Shown here one piece after another: positions 13,625-25,748 of a stretch of 64,000 nucleotides of DNA. The stretch is taken from assembly GCA_026770705.1 (NCBI GenBank), contig JANJGN010000005.1:187488001-187552000 (forward strand), read 5' to 3'. The position numbers and the translations under genes are program-made. Within the stretch, counting starts at the first letter, position 1; each line of letters opens with the position of its first letter. The notes beneath the pieces are model-generated. The model had not been told where the DNA came from. It saw nothing but the letters and a program-made list of their open reading frames with translations, and ran no database searches. This stretch comes from Isurus oxyrinchus. Its lineage: Eukaryota.

Positions 13625-14410
13625 ATCGGAACATCAGAATAGACGTAGGCAATTCAACCCCTCGAGCCTGTTCTTCCTTTCAGTTAGATTTTGGCTGGTC
13701 TATATTTTAACTGGATCTACCCATGTTGGCTTTGTAATTGGGGGAAATGGTGGTGTAGTGGTAATGTCACTAGGGTTAGTAGTAGTCTAAAGGCCTAGGC
13801 TAATATTCTGGGCACATGGGTTCAAATCCCACGAGGGCAGATGGTGGGATTTAAATTCAATGGAGCCAGCTATCTGTGATGCTGATTATGAAATCCTTAC
13901 CAATTGTTGTAAAAACCCATCTGGTTCACTAATGCCCCTTTAGGAAAGGAAACCAGCTATTCTTATCTGGCTGGGCCTGCATGTGACTCCAAACCCACAG
14001 CAATGTGGTTGACTCTTAACTGCCCTCTGAAATGGTGTGACAAGCCACTCAATTCAAGGGCAATTTGGGATGGGCAACAAATGCTGGCATTGCCATTGAT
14101 GCCTACAATCCCATGAAAGAATAAATTAAATTAATCCTTAATAACCTTGCCTAACCAAAAAAAAAATCAATTTCAGTGCTGAAATTTTCAATTGCCTCAA
14201 CAGTTTTCTGTGGGAGAGTTCCAGATTTCCCGTACCTTTTGTGTGAAGAAATGCTTCTTGATGTCACCACTGAATGGCCTCGCTCTAATTTTAACATTTT
14301 TCCCCCTTGTTCTGGACTCACCCAGCAGAAAAAATAGCTTCCCTCTATCTACCTCATTAACTCATTTAATCATCTTAAACACCTCAGTTAGAATCGCCCT
14401 TTAATCTTGT
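13625..14410 (-). mobile_element. CR1 3' fragment interrupted by a SINE
   Basis: GTAGGCAATTCAACCCCTCGAGCCTG and GAGAGTTCCAGATTTCC..TGTGTGAAGAAATGCTTC segments on either side of the SINE at 13740-14125. Confidence 0.7.
13740..14125 (+). mobile_element. Second tRNA-derived SINE family, full length
   Basis: A box TGGTGTAGTGG, B box GGTTCAAATCC, tail AAGGGCAATTTGGGATGGGCAACAAATGCTGGC. Confidence 0.8.
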
Positions 14411-14654
14411 ATAGTCGCACAAACCTTGGTTTTATAAAGCATTAGAAAAAGAAAAACGAGAATTTCTAACAATAATTTGCTCCATTATTGCAACACCACC
14501 ACTCGTTACTGAATTCAATTTTATCTAAATCTTTTACATTTTTGGCGCTTCTACCATATGAACACAACATCAGCAGCACAAAATGTGTCACAAAAGGCAA
14601 ACAAACAACAAAGAACAAAAACATTTATTTCTCCTTCATTCTTTGAAGAGACGG

Positions 14655-14935
14655 GTCTGTAATGGTAAGGAATTATAAACGAAATAAAGAACTTAGGAGG
14701 AACTTTTTTACCCGGAGAGTGGTGAGAATGTAGACCTTGCTCCTACATAGACTAGCTGAGGCAAATAGTACAGGTGGCTTTAAGAGGAAGCTGGATAAAG
14801 ATCTGAGAAAGAAAGGAATTGAATGATATGTTGATGAAGTGAGATGCATTAAGGTGGGAGAGATGTAGTATGGAGAATCAACACTGGCATGGAGTGATGG
14901 GTCAAATGGCCTGTTTCTGTGCTTTACATTCTATG
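14655..14935 (+). mobile_element. CR1 3' fragment
   Basis: AACTTTTTTACCCGGAGAGTGGTGAGAATG...ATGGGTCAAATGGCCTGTTTCTGTGC. Confidence 0.75.
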
Positions 14936-15069
14936 TAAAACCAAAATGTCTATTGAAAAAAGTCCTGTCATGTAAAAAAAATCAAAACAGAAACTACAAT
15001 AAACATTGAGATCTGAAGGAAACTAGAAACTTAGCTAAAATCTTTTAGTCTGGCTTTATTGCTCTGTTA

Positions 15070-15335
15070 GAAGCAGAATTACTGAGGTCATTAAGACAGC
15101 ATTGTCTCTGTGACATGATTAGTCAGGTAGCAAAGTCCATTTGTCACCTGCACCAGTAAATTGAGTTAATACTGCACTACGGGCAATAGGGACTGTATAA
15201 TATCAACTTGATCACATCAAACTGACTGCGAACCTGACACCTTACTAAATTTGTCAGCATTAATCATTAAACCCTGTCACAAATCCATCAAGTTTACAGA
15301 TAATTAGAGGCTTGGTAATGAAGCGGGCTAAACAT
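15070..15335. promoter_or_regulatory. Candidate intronic enhancer (CNE-like)
   Basis: Minus strand TGATGGAT (15290-15283) followed 3 nt later by MEIS/PREP TGACAG (15279-15274), plus several further TGAC/TAAT motifs. Confidence 0.45.
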
Positions 15336-17508
15336 CCCTTACTTTTCCCTCTTTTTATTTTAAAGTGATAATTATGAGGTCTCCTGGTTTACAAGGGACC
15401 ACTTCCTCTGATCCTTTTCTTCCCATCACTGCACAGAAGCAATGGGACTGTCTCAGGCTCTTCCCCCTTTCCTTTCCCATCAGCCTGGGCTCTTACTTAC
15501 ATACATCTGTTGGCCCACATCTTCAGAGCCATTTCCTGGCTGCCAAACAATCAATTTTTTTTAGACGCTATTGCTATTCTCAGGGAAAGAAAAGTCATCA
15601 GTTATGCAAGTTGTAACAGCCAGACAAGCCAAGAGACAGCCTAATGAACCCATATTTCATCTATAAAATGTGCTTAAAATGCCACTATAAAAGATATTTT
15701 ACCATCTTTTTAGCTAATTTTCTCTCAGTTTAAACAGCAGATGACTCAGTCATCAACTCTTCATTGCTATTACAAACCTGCATTTTGATTAAGTATGCCA
15801 AATGTCATGTATGGGAAAGAATGGAAACACTAAAGCCTGCCAACTTTTGATTGGCCATTAAAACCAATGATGTATGTGCCTGTCAAAAGACAGACGATTA
15901 AATCAATATTGGAAAAAGTCGTCTTGATGGCTTGTTTCTATGTAAGAGCTGTCAGGACGAATTACCATGCACCATCACGTTTGTGTCAGTTTTTCAGCCC
16001 CCTTATAAAAATATTTGTTGTTTAAAGTTGCTGATATCCAATTTCCCCTGGACTTAAATGGAATCCTGCAATGTCATCCAAACTGACCCTCCTGCGCTCA
16101 TCATTTCCTCTCCAACATAGAAAAGAGTGTGTCCTTCAAAGTGTACACAATCCTCGGTTTATTTAGCAGGCCTGCTTTACAAGTTTCCTTTCCATTAAAA
16201 AAAACACACACACACAAATAAGTAACAATTCGGATTATGCCCAGGGATTTTTTTTTTTTTTGGATTGAACTGATTAATTTCTGGGAGGTCAGGGGGTGCA
16301 GGAGAGGCGATTGGGGAGAGTGGGGGGGGGGGCGGGGGCGGGGTTGGTGGGTACTCTGCTGCAGGGGAGATGCTTAAAACTTGGTAGGATGGAGAGGGTG
16401 GGGAGGATGGGGGAGGGGAGGAAGGGGTGCAAGTAAACTTAGGACAAAAAAGAACCATAAGTGACCTGACTTGCAGAGTGTAACGTCAGGAACATGTGGG
16501 TTGCTATGGTGAGTGATTTATTGATCTTTATCAGGAATGAACAGATCAAACGCTGCCGAGATGGCAGAGGATCCATCATACATCAAATCAAGGGTGGCAA
16601 TCGTCTATTAGGGGCAGAGAGAGAGAGAGAGAGGGAGGGAGATAGAAAACTAGACCCTATTAAACCAAAACAAACCTCTCAGGAAAGAAACATATTTCTT
16701 AAAATGTTCTCTGGATTTATTTTATATATGAGTGTTCAAGGGGTTACCCATTCCTCACAGAGTCATCATCCCCGTGGCGGGAGGAGGGGGGAATTTCCAA
16801 AATGCATCTACTGCACGTGCCCTCACATCTTAAAAAGAGAGGGGATACCTCATTAGGTTGAAACATCCTCTTCAATCTATCATCAGCTCCTTCACAACAC
16901 CCCCCACCCCCGAAAATAAATGATGCCACTTGACATCTATTTAAAAATAATCATATGGCTCGGCTTCAATGCTTAAATTTATATTTTAAAAATCAAGACT
17001 GGGCTCCTCACGAGGGGAAGGGTGTTGTGGGGGTGAGAGAAGAGGTGGCGGGGGGGGGGAGGTGGGGAGGTGGGTGACATACAGGCTGGAAGGGGGACGG
17101 GGACGGCGGGGGGTGGGGGTGGGGGTTCAAAATGCAATTAAATGCGATCAGATCCGCGACGCAGCATAAAAAAACATGACGCTGACAGCATTTGACAGAC
17201 ATCTGACAAACTACGCCACTCACATCGAGAGACGGAACGGTCAAAATATTAAATAAAAAAAAAATCCCCCTCCAACACCGAGCAACACACACACAAAAAT
17301 GAGAAATTGGATTGATTTAAAAAAAATGAGGTGAGGGGAGTTACAGTGGGGAGGGAGGGGAGGTGGGGGTGGTGGTGGTGGAATAGATTCCCCCCCCCAA
17401 AAAAATATCCATCTCCGTCTATCCGTATCCTGCATCTGGTACACAGTAGCAGGAGGTAATGCGAAATAATAAGACATAAAAGTGCATCTTTCTCTCTGTA
17501 GCTCTTAC

Positions 17509-17548
17509 CTGCCGAGCGCTTGGGTGCTTGTTGTTTCCTCCTCGGCAT
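17509..17548 (-). CDS. TSHZ2: Teashirt zinc-finger homeobox gene, coding exon 1 (MPRRKQQAPKRSA + 1 nt); the rest of the gene lies left of the window
   Basis: ATG at 17548 in context gcagcaacATG, then 13 codons + 1 nt and a canonical donor CAG|GTAAGA (GT at 17508-17507). MPRRKQQAP(R/K)R(S/A)A on a 40-nt phase-1 first exon is the TSHZ1/2/3 hallmark. Family call is strong; the paralog call (K10, no divergent PTGR3/ZADH2 exon seen upstream) is weaker. Confidence 0.88.
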
Positions 17549-20500
17549 GTTGCTGCTCGCTTCTGTTGCCGGCCAGGAGTTTCCGGAGTTAGTACTTTAA
17601 TTTTCGGTGTTTTCATACAGACCACAATAAAGCAGGAGGCGAAAGTGTAGCAATGGATTCTATTTTCTTGAACTATGTGTGTGGGTTTTGTATTTTTTTT
17701 TTGGTCGGGGGGGAGGAGGGAAGGGGGGGGGGAAGGGGGGGGGTTAGATGGGGGAGGAGGGGTGGGGAAGGAGGGAGGGAAGGGGGAGAAGAAGAGTTGA
17801 AGCTGTACGAAGAGGGGAGGGGAGGGGGGGGGAGAGTTCTATATTTCTCTCTCTCCCTATCTCTCTCACTCTGTTGAAGATTGGTGCTGGTGTTGATTGG
17901 GGAGGGGGTGGGGTTGGGGGGGTGTTGGTGGTGGGGTGGGGAGTGGGGGGGGGAGTGTGGGGGGAGGTCGGGGAGTCTTGTTGTCAATAAACCGCTCCGC
18001 AAAGCTGCTTCAGCGACCAGAGATCTCAGAGAAACTGAGGTTTCAGTCACTGCCTCATATGCATAAGATAGACAGACACACACTCCAGTTACTTTCTATC
18101 ACTGCCTCTCGTATCTCTCTCCCTCTCACTCTGCCCACTTTCAACTTAAATCAATGCAGAGGAGAGACAGATAATGCACATCACACACAGTTGAGTGAGA
18201 GAGCGGTGAACTAGTTCCCCATAATAATAATAATTATTATTTTTGGAGGGTGTGTGTATGTGTGTGTGTGTGCGGGGAGGGGAGGGGAGGGGGGGGAGAG
18301 TAAACTCTCGGGTGGGCTCCGGGGAAAATACAGAATATCCACTGAGCAAGACAGTCTTAACTGATCCACAGAGCTATCGAGCAGCATTCAGTGATGATCC
18401 GCTCCTTTACCCACTCCAGTACATTGCAATGTCCTCACAGTTCCGTTCCTCTTAGAAAATGTTACGAACAGTGAAGGAGCAATGATGGAAAGTAAACTTC
18501 TGGTCGCAGTCCGACTTTGCCAATCTGTCTGTAAAAAAGGAACTCTTTCTTAACCCCGCGTGGGTTTTTTTTATTCCCTGTTTCCTAATACCAATTCGTT
18601 TGCCTTTTCGAGGCGAGGATGTCCTCCGCCATACGTAACCAACGCTATATGATAGTTTTATCGTCCTTTTCCTTTGAAATCTTAACGCTCTGCGATGCTC
18701 CTTAAACTCTCAGAACGGCTGCGTCCCAAATTTAAAGTTTTTTTAAAAAAAAATCTAAACGTCAGATTTCAGAGCAGCCTTGTTTTATTCTTTCTGTTTT
18801 AATCTTCCTCTTCCCCAGTATTATTGGCGAGGCGGTTTTTAATCTTGTCTGAAAGTAACTTTTCAGCCAATTTGCACGAAGCTGTGGAGAGTCTGGTGTT
18901 GTCAGTCGACAAGGAGGAGGCACTGACTGACTAGAGGTGCCCCTCTCTTTTTTTAAAAAACTTAATTGTCTCTTTCCCTTTGTTTGAGAGACAGACCCAG
19001 AATTTCACGTTCCTGTTGCACTGATAATACTGATTTCTGTTTTCTCTCTCTCTCTCTGTGTCTCGGTTGGGAGTTGATGCCGGGCTCCTGTTTGATTTGT
19101 TACACCTTTAAGGAAGTGAATATCTTGTACGGGAAGAGGAGGGTCTGTGTGTGTGTGTGTGTGTGTGTGTCCCTCTCTATTTCTGGTGCCGCACTCTTCT
19201 CCAGCGATCTTACTCAGTAATATTAGCCCATGCAATAGTATTTCGAACACCGCCCCCAAATTCCCTTTCTGTCTTTGTATGGAATCTGTACCCTTAAAAC
19301 CAGCGATAAACAATACTTTCTTAATAACAAGCCCCCACCCCCCCTCCTCCCTTTTATATAAAGAATGCAGTTCTTCAAATATAAGCTAATCCAAACGTCA
19401 GCAGCAGGGGGAAAAAAGTCTGTATTAACTGTTGGAGCACTTCCTGAACTTTGTTCCGTATTTTGCTTCCTTCCCGTCTCCTCTCCCCCTCTCCCTGTTG
19501 CTCTCTCTCTCTCTCTCTCTCCCCAGTATCTATAGTGTGTCCAATTTTGCTTTGGCAGGAAGCGTCTTTTCGCTCATTCCCCGGACTCCTCGCCGCCGTT
19601 GTTGTTACTGCTGCTGGTGGCTGTTTTCCCTCACCGTGACCCCCACCCCCAACCCCAACCCCCAACCCCAACCCCAACCCGGTTAGCAGGTCGACTCTCG
19701 CGCGCCGTCTCGCCGAACTGGAGGCCCGTCGGCGGTCAGGCGCAACATGAGGAAATTCGTAGTTACAAAGCTCAGCGCAAACTTCAGGGAGGCTGTGTGC
19801 GTCCGCTCCGCCCGCGTCCCGAGCCCTGGAGACGGTGAATTACTGGTCCGGAATCGGTGAGTTGCTGACCATCATTATTAACACCTCTTTCTCCCCAGGA
19901 TGTTGCCTTGATCCAGGCATCGATTTTGAATTCAAACTTCAGCAGAATGGTCCTCTCCTGTGCATTGTAATCAAACAATTTCACCCTCCAGTCGAACTGC
20001 TACAATTCCTCTTGAGTTCTCTGCTTGAACAGAGAAAATGTTTGGTGGTTGGGAGGGAGGGGGGGGGGGGTGGGGGGAAGGGAGGGGGATAAGGTGAGGA
20101 TGGTGGTGGGGAGGGGGTGGGGGTGGGTGGGTGGTGGGGGTGGTGTAGAGAATATGGGGGGAAAAAATAATCAGACCGACCCACTTTGCACTGGAGTGTT
20201 GGAAGTGGGAGTTAATCCCTCCAAAATAACTCCAGGTTCCGCCCTAACATCTGTGCGTTTACCCGGCCTTCAGGACCCTGCAACGCGTTCATCTATCTGT
20301 CAGTCAGCCTGTCATGTCAGTCTGTCTGAGTGCCTGTGCGTCAGCTGCAAGAGCGGTTTACGTGGGTTGTAAACTGACACAAATACACTCACGCTGACTG
20401 ACTGACTGACTGGGGGCAGTACATCCACACACAGAGACAGAGAAATGATACAGTACTGTACTGCACAACTCCACGCAAATCCTCTCCCTTCAGTAACTAA

Positions 20501-21331
20501 AACATTGCAGGGCGAAGCTGGGTTTCATTGCATCCGTCCTAAGTCAGCAAGTCTCTCTCTCTCTCTCTGTCTTTCCCCATAATAAGCATATAAATAGGCC
20601 GATTTGCATATCATATGTAGGTAGATATTGTACAAGGCAATCCAAAATAATGGAGATTCATCACGTTCCTTTTGTTCCTAAGTAGGATGCACATTTTTTT
20701 AAAAAAAAACAAAAACAACCCGTGGGATTTGTATATTTTTCCTGGTCTTGCTGCCTCTTCGTAGAGAAGTTGACACCACAGTGTCTCCACCTCTTGCGCT
20801 TCACCGATACCTTGCAGCCCTGTGGATTATTACAAGGTGGTCAGTTGTATAATAGAGCCTAGCGGTAAGATCGCCACACTTGCCCGGGATCTAAAGACTC
20901 TAATGCCTGTAAATATATATATATATTATTTAGTGCAATTTGGAAATATTTGGAGTAACAATTAAATCCGCACTTCCTTTTGGACTGGGCACCTTCTGCC
21001 CCTTCTCCGATCAGTATTGAGCTCAGTTCAGAATTGTCCAGCTGTTCCACAGCTGCAGGGTCAGCCTAATTCAGATAAAGGCGCGTATTGTAATAAAGAC
21101 ATATTTGCCAGTCAGATACAGAGCAGCGACTTTAACTATACAGATGTCATTTTATTCGCATAATATAAGTGGGGTGCTCTTGAGATTCCAGCATTAATTC
21201 GCACTCTCCCCGCTTCACAGCAGGTAGGTGAACGAACCGCGACGCAGTTCGCTTAGTCCACGCAGCGTCGTAACCCGTATTCCTATTTGAACCCTGCATC
21301 CTGAAGTTTCTTACAACAACATGTAGGACAG

Positions 21332-21338
<7 letters not shown>

Positions 21339-21374
<36 letters not shown>
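21339..21374. repeat. (TA)n microsatellite
   Basis: Perfect TA run. Confidence 0.95.
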
Positions 21375-21378
<4 letters not shown>

Positions 21379-24300
21379 AGCGTTTACAAATTTGGAGAAT
21401 CCTTAAAGGGAAAGTGAGGGAAATTCAGAAGTAGATACTGCGCAAACTGAGTCTTTCATCTGATTGTTTTGAAGTTACAATGGGGTTAGCTCTCCCCATT
21501 TTGCAGTTCTAACCACGCCACATAGTTCGCTTCTCGGCTCACTCCTTCCCGACTCAAAATACCTTTCTTCTGGTAGGCATTAGACAGACCACTTTGGAAG
21601 GGATGCATGCCTTCAGATTCTTGGGAGGGACTTGTACAGTCCATCATTTTAATTTCCTATATATATATATATATATATATAATCTTTTCAGAGAAAGCCC
21701 TATGTCACATGAATGGAGTTACATATTTTATCTGTGAGAGTGGGTGCCAGGTTTAACAAGCTCCCCCCACTCCCACTCGTTCTTTTTTCTGAGCTATTAA
21801 CAAGAAAGGAGAAAATAGGGCAATGGTTTAATGTTATCTGTCTTACGGTTCAGTCGGCCTCTGTGACATGCTAAAACTGCACTTTCATAATGAGTCTTGA
21901 AATATGATTTCGATTCCATTTTTAATGCACCAGAATTTTATCAGTGCGGTGGGACTGTACGCCCCAGCCTCCTCCCTCCTTAAAAAAAAAACCTCTTGGG
22001 GAGTTTTAAACAAACTTATGCTGCAGCTTCGGTTTCCTGGTAAATAGCCGGGCCTTGAAGCTTAGGTTTCAAATGTTTCATTTTTAAAACAAAATTAACG
22101 CGAATCTAAAACAATGCACAATTCTGGGATTCGTGGGAGAAACTAGGGAGCTCCAATACTTCGATATCAATTGCGTATTATGTCTTTTTTTAAAAAAAAA
22201 CACTGGGTTCTGTATGTAGACAACACACTTGGGCAGAGTTATTGTTTATAAATGGGACTTTATCAATTCCCGCGTTCTTGGCCTCTTCAGTCCTGTTTCT
22301 GCTTTTGTTCTGAATCACAGTTTTTTAAAGTCAACCAATTCAGTGAGAACATCTGGATCGTTGGTGCCACTGTAACCCAGTGTAACCCCAAGAGCAGGAT
22401 TCTGATTTTGATTTTGCTTTTTTGGGAATGTTGCAGCACTTGCTGTGGACTGTCGCGGGCTGAGCCGTCAAGAAACAGGGTCCTCTTCCCATTCTTCCCA
22501 AGAACAGGCGATGCGGCTATACCTCCCCCCCCCCCAAAAAAAAAACACGTCAGCCAAGTTGTACAATGTAAGAAACGTTGTTTGAAATAGCAGCCGAAAG
22601 CTGTCGCTTCCTTTATTCCCAACCGATTTACCTATGTCAATTCCAGGTCAGTTTCAATATCAATCAATGATTCAGGGAGCATGAAATCTGCGGGAACATT
22701 TCCTGTTAAAAAAAATGATTTTTTTTCTTGGTTGGGGGGGGGGGGGGGTGTGGGGAGGAGGTGTGATAAAAGGGATGAAATAATTCTAAATTTTAAAAAA
22801 ATGTGGGGTGGATGAGGGGCAAATGATCATGACTGCTGGGCAAGAATTCGGGTCCTTTTTAACTTTGCGAAAGACACACATACACACACACTTCCACCCT
22901 CTCTCTCCTCACCTCTCCCTGGATTAAATAAAGGTGACTGACCCATCAAGCTTTCATGTCTCCAACCGTGTGAGGGGGGCAGCGACAAGGAGGCCGCTGA
23001 CACGATGGAAGGGGGGGTGGGAGGGGGGGGGGGGTGGTTAGCGAAGTCAGGAAACGTGTGCCATCGCTTGCGCAGCCGGGCGAGCAGGGAGGGCAAAGAG
23101 GCTGAGATATTTGAGAACTCAGGAGCCGAATCCTGTCCTGCCGAACTGCAGCTTTTTGGCCGAAGCGATTTCGCGTACAAGGCCCCTCAAGTCCCGATGG
23201 CAAGAAATGCTCACTCGCAGATTTAAACGTTACGAAAGCGTATCATTTTAAATTTCACCCCACGTGCAATAAAAACAAAACAAACTAATTTTAATCTTGC
23301 TATTTTTTATTTAAAAAAAAAAACATTTACAACAATAACGCTTTACACGTCATCCAACCCGACTTTTTATCTTAAAGAAGTTTTATTCGGGACACACTTT
23401 TTCCCCTATTATAACCAGAGACTGCAACTTTTGAAACTAGTTGGATTTCCTAACTTGTTTTGGCCTATCAATAACCTTGTCGCTTTTAGGAGGGAAAGAA
23501 AGGGTCTATTTCATTGCACGTGTAATGTGCAAAATGCATCCTTTTTCGAATATTAATCTTTAAAATTCATTTATGCTTGAGAAAGTTAAATCGCGCCAGA
23601 CCAGAAGTGGAGGGAGCCTGCATTTAGCATTCGTGATATAATTAACCCTCAAAAGCATGCTAACATTTTCAATTCTGCTTTAGAAATGTCCCCGAGCACT
23701 CTTAAAGGGTCGGAGCGGTTTTACCCCATCCAGGGTGTGATCTTACTTGTGGTTTGGATCCTAGCCTGCGACATAAATTAAAACGCTTTGAACTCCAATT
23801 GTGCGGATCAAAAGGCGGGCAGGCCGGTTTTTAAAAATCGTAGTTTGGTTAAAGAGAAAATGTTTTAACAAAAAAGGTTTTCCTTTTTTTCCATGGGCCA
23901 GTGGGTTTTCAATGGTATCGCAGTGTAAGCCATTGGACACTGGATGTAAAGGGATAGAGCATCGTTCGTTCTTTGCAACCCTGGATTCTGTGGGGAACGA
24001 TTTCGGCTGCTAAGTCAGGTCAGATCTACGTTTTCTGCTCGCCTCAGTCTTCGAATAAGCATAGTTATCTGGGGGTGGGGGGGGGGTGTGTGCGCGGGTG
24101 GCTTAACTCCATTTCCAGTCAGACCTGCCATTACAGCGCTTAAAGGGTTCTCTGCCAGCCAGTGAAATCAGAATGGTTCCAGTCAGTGACCACTGTCCTG
24201 CTTAATATTCACTCCTTTACTCCCGCACCGCACAGCGCACCTCTGCAATGGATACCAAATAATTATCCTTAAAACTCTACTCACGCCAAGGAGGCATTTT

Positions 24301-25314
24301 GTCTGAGGATGTGCAGGGGAGTGTGGGGGAGGAGGAGGGAGGGGGGGATCTTATCATCAGGATACTTTCTTCTCTCATAGCCTTAAAGTCTTGCCCCCCC
24401 CCCCCCCCCCCCCCCCACCCTTGCGTTCCTGGGGATTGCCCCTGATTTTGCCGGCTGGCCGCAAAATAGTCCCATAAGAAAATATCAACGCCCTTTCAAA
24501 GCGAGGACCATCGAGCTTACTTGATCCTTTGGAATAGACAGAGAGAGAGAGAGAGAAAGGTCGGGTGGGGGGGTGGAATCCTTCCTTGATGAGAAAGTTG
24601 CACCAGCATCCGAGAGTTGTTTATTGCCTGACTTTTCACTGGTCGGTCTGGGGCGAGCCCCTGACTCGCTCCCTCCACTCCCAGTCATTTGTTTAATTTA
24701 CCAGGCAGGAAGACACGTTAAAGTTTGCACCCCCCCCGCCCCCCCCCCCACCCCCGCCGCCACACCTTCTGGACATCTTCGGGATCGACCAGCCTTCGTG
24801 TTAAATCAGGAGGGCCGCTGGGTGAGGAAGACATTGGATTGTTTTGGATAATCAGGCTTGTGCGGAATGAGAGACCCAACTTTGCGTGTCACATCCATAG
24901 TTACACGTATCATGGGTCAAGACAATCTCAAGGTCGCTCCAGTTCATTGTGGTTAGGCTCAAAGTTCCATTGTGCAAAAAGTGACCATTTTAGTTCAGCC
25001 GCTCTGAAATGGTTGGCTAAATGCCGTGTCCCTGGCACAAGCTTGATTGTTTTTCCAAACACTCGTCACTTCTCTTTTCAAAACTATAATGAATCCCCGC
25101 ATCACCCCCCCCACTCTCCCCCCGGTTTCTGCTAGGTCTTGTTTTAATTCCCCTGTGGACAATTTTGAAAAGGTCTCTTTATCCTTTTGATTGTGACCTG
25201 AAGTTCAGTTAGCTCTTGTTAGACGTCACTGGCGATAATATTATCCTGTTTACCTCGTTCAAAACTCCTCTTCATTTTGAGCACCTCCATCAGGTCACCT
25301 GTTCATCTTGTCAG

Positions 25315-25748
25315 CTGTAGCTGGGTTGGTAGCACCCTCGCCTCTGAGCCACAAGGTTGTGGGTTCGAGTTGTACTCCAGAGGGCTGAGTGGAAAAACTC
25401 TGGCTGACTCTCCCGGTGCAGGACTGAGAGAGTGCTGCGCTGCCAGAGATGCCGTCTTCTGGATGAAACATTAAACTGTGGCCCTCTCAGGTGCCAACAA
25501 AAATCCCATGGCGGTATTTTAAAGAAGAGCAGGGGAGTATCTTGGGCAATAATTATCATTCAACCAATGTGACTAAAAACAAATTATTTGGTCGTTACCA
25601 CACTGCTGTCTGTGGGAGCTTGCTGTGCACAAATTGACACATTTCCTACATTGCAACAGTGACTGCCTTCAAAAATACTTCATTGACTGTAAAGCACTTT
25701 GGGATGTCCTGTGGTTATGAAAGGCAATATATAAATACAAGTCTTTTT
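25315..25748 (+). mobile_element. tRNA-derived Deu-domain SINE (SacSINE1/AmnSINE-like), near full length
   Basis: B box GGTTCGAGT, central GATGAAACATTAAAC..CCCTCTCAGGTG..ATCCCATGGC..GAAGAGCAGGGGAGT, L2-like tail TGTAAAGCACTTTGGGATGTCC. Confidence 0.82.

Larger units (their letters stand above)
1..17508 (-). other. 5' part of TSHZ intron 1
   Basis: Downstream of the exon-1 donor. No second TSHZ coding exon (acidic region, zinc fingers) is visible in the ORF track, and TSHZ genes have a very large first intron. Confidence 0.75.
16900..24900. promoter_or_regulatory. CpG-rich promoter / 5'UTR domain of the TSHZ gene
   Basis: Visibly high CpG density (e.g. 19690-19850, 21200-21290, 22970-23220), many G/C tracts and GA/GT microsatellites around exon 1, and no recognisable SINE/LINE. 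The TSS cannot be located from sequence. Confidence 0.65.

Noticed and set aside
13740-13835. tRNA genes at SINE heads (also 25315 and 58945)
   Set aside because: A/B boxes are present but no full cloverleaf is evident, and they continue into SINE bodies.
17249-17508. Remainder of the 99-aa ORF after MPRRKQQAPKRSA
   Set aside because: Read-through into the intron past a canonical GTAAGA donor.
24394-24420. Long poly-C/poly-G homopolymers (also 9325-9347 and 27524-27543)
   Set aside because: Simple homopolymers with unreliable length and no further structure.
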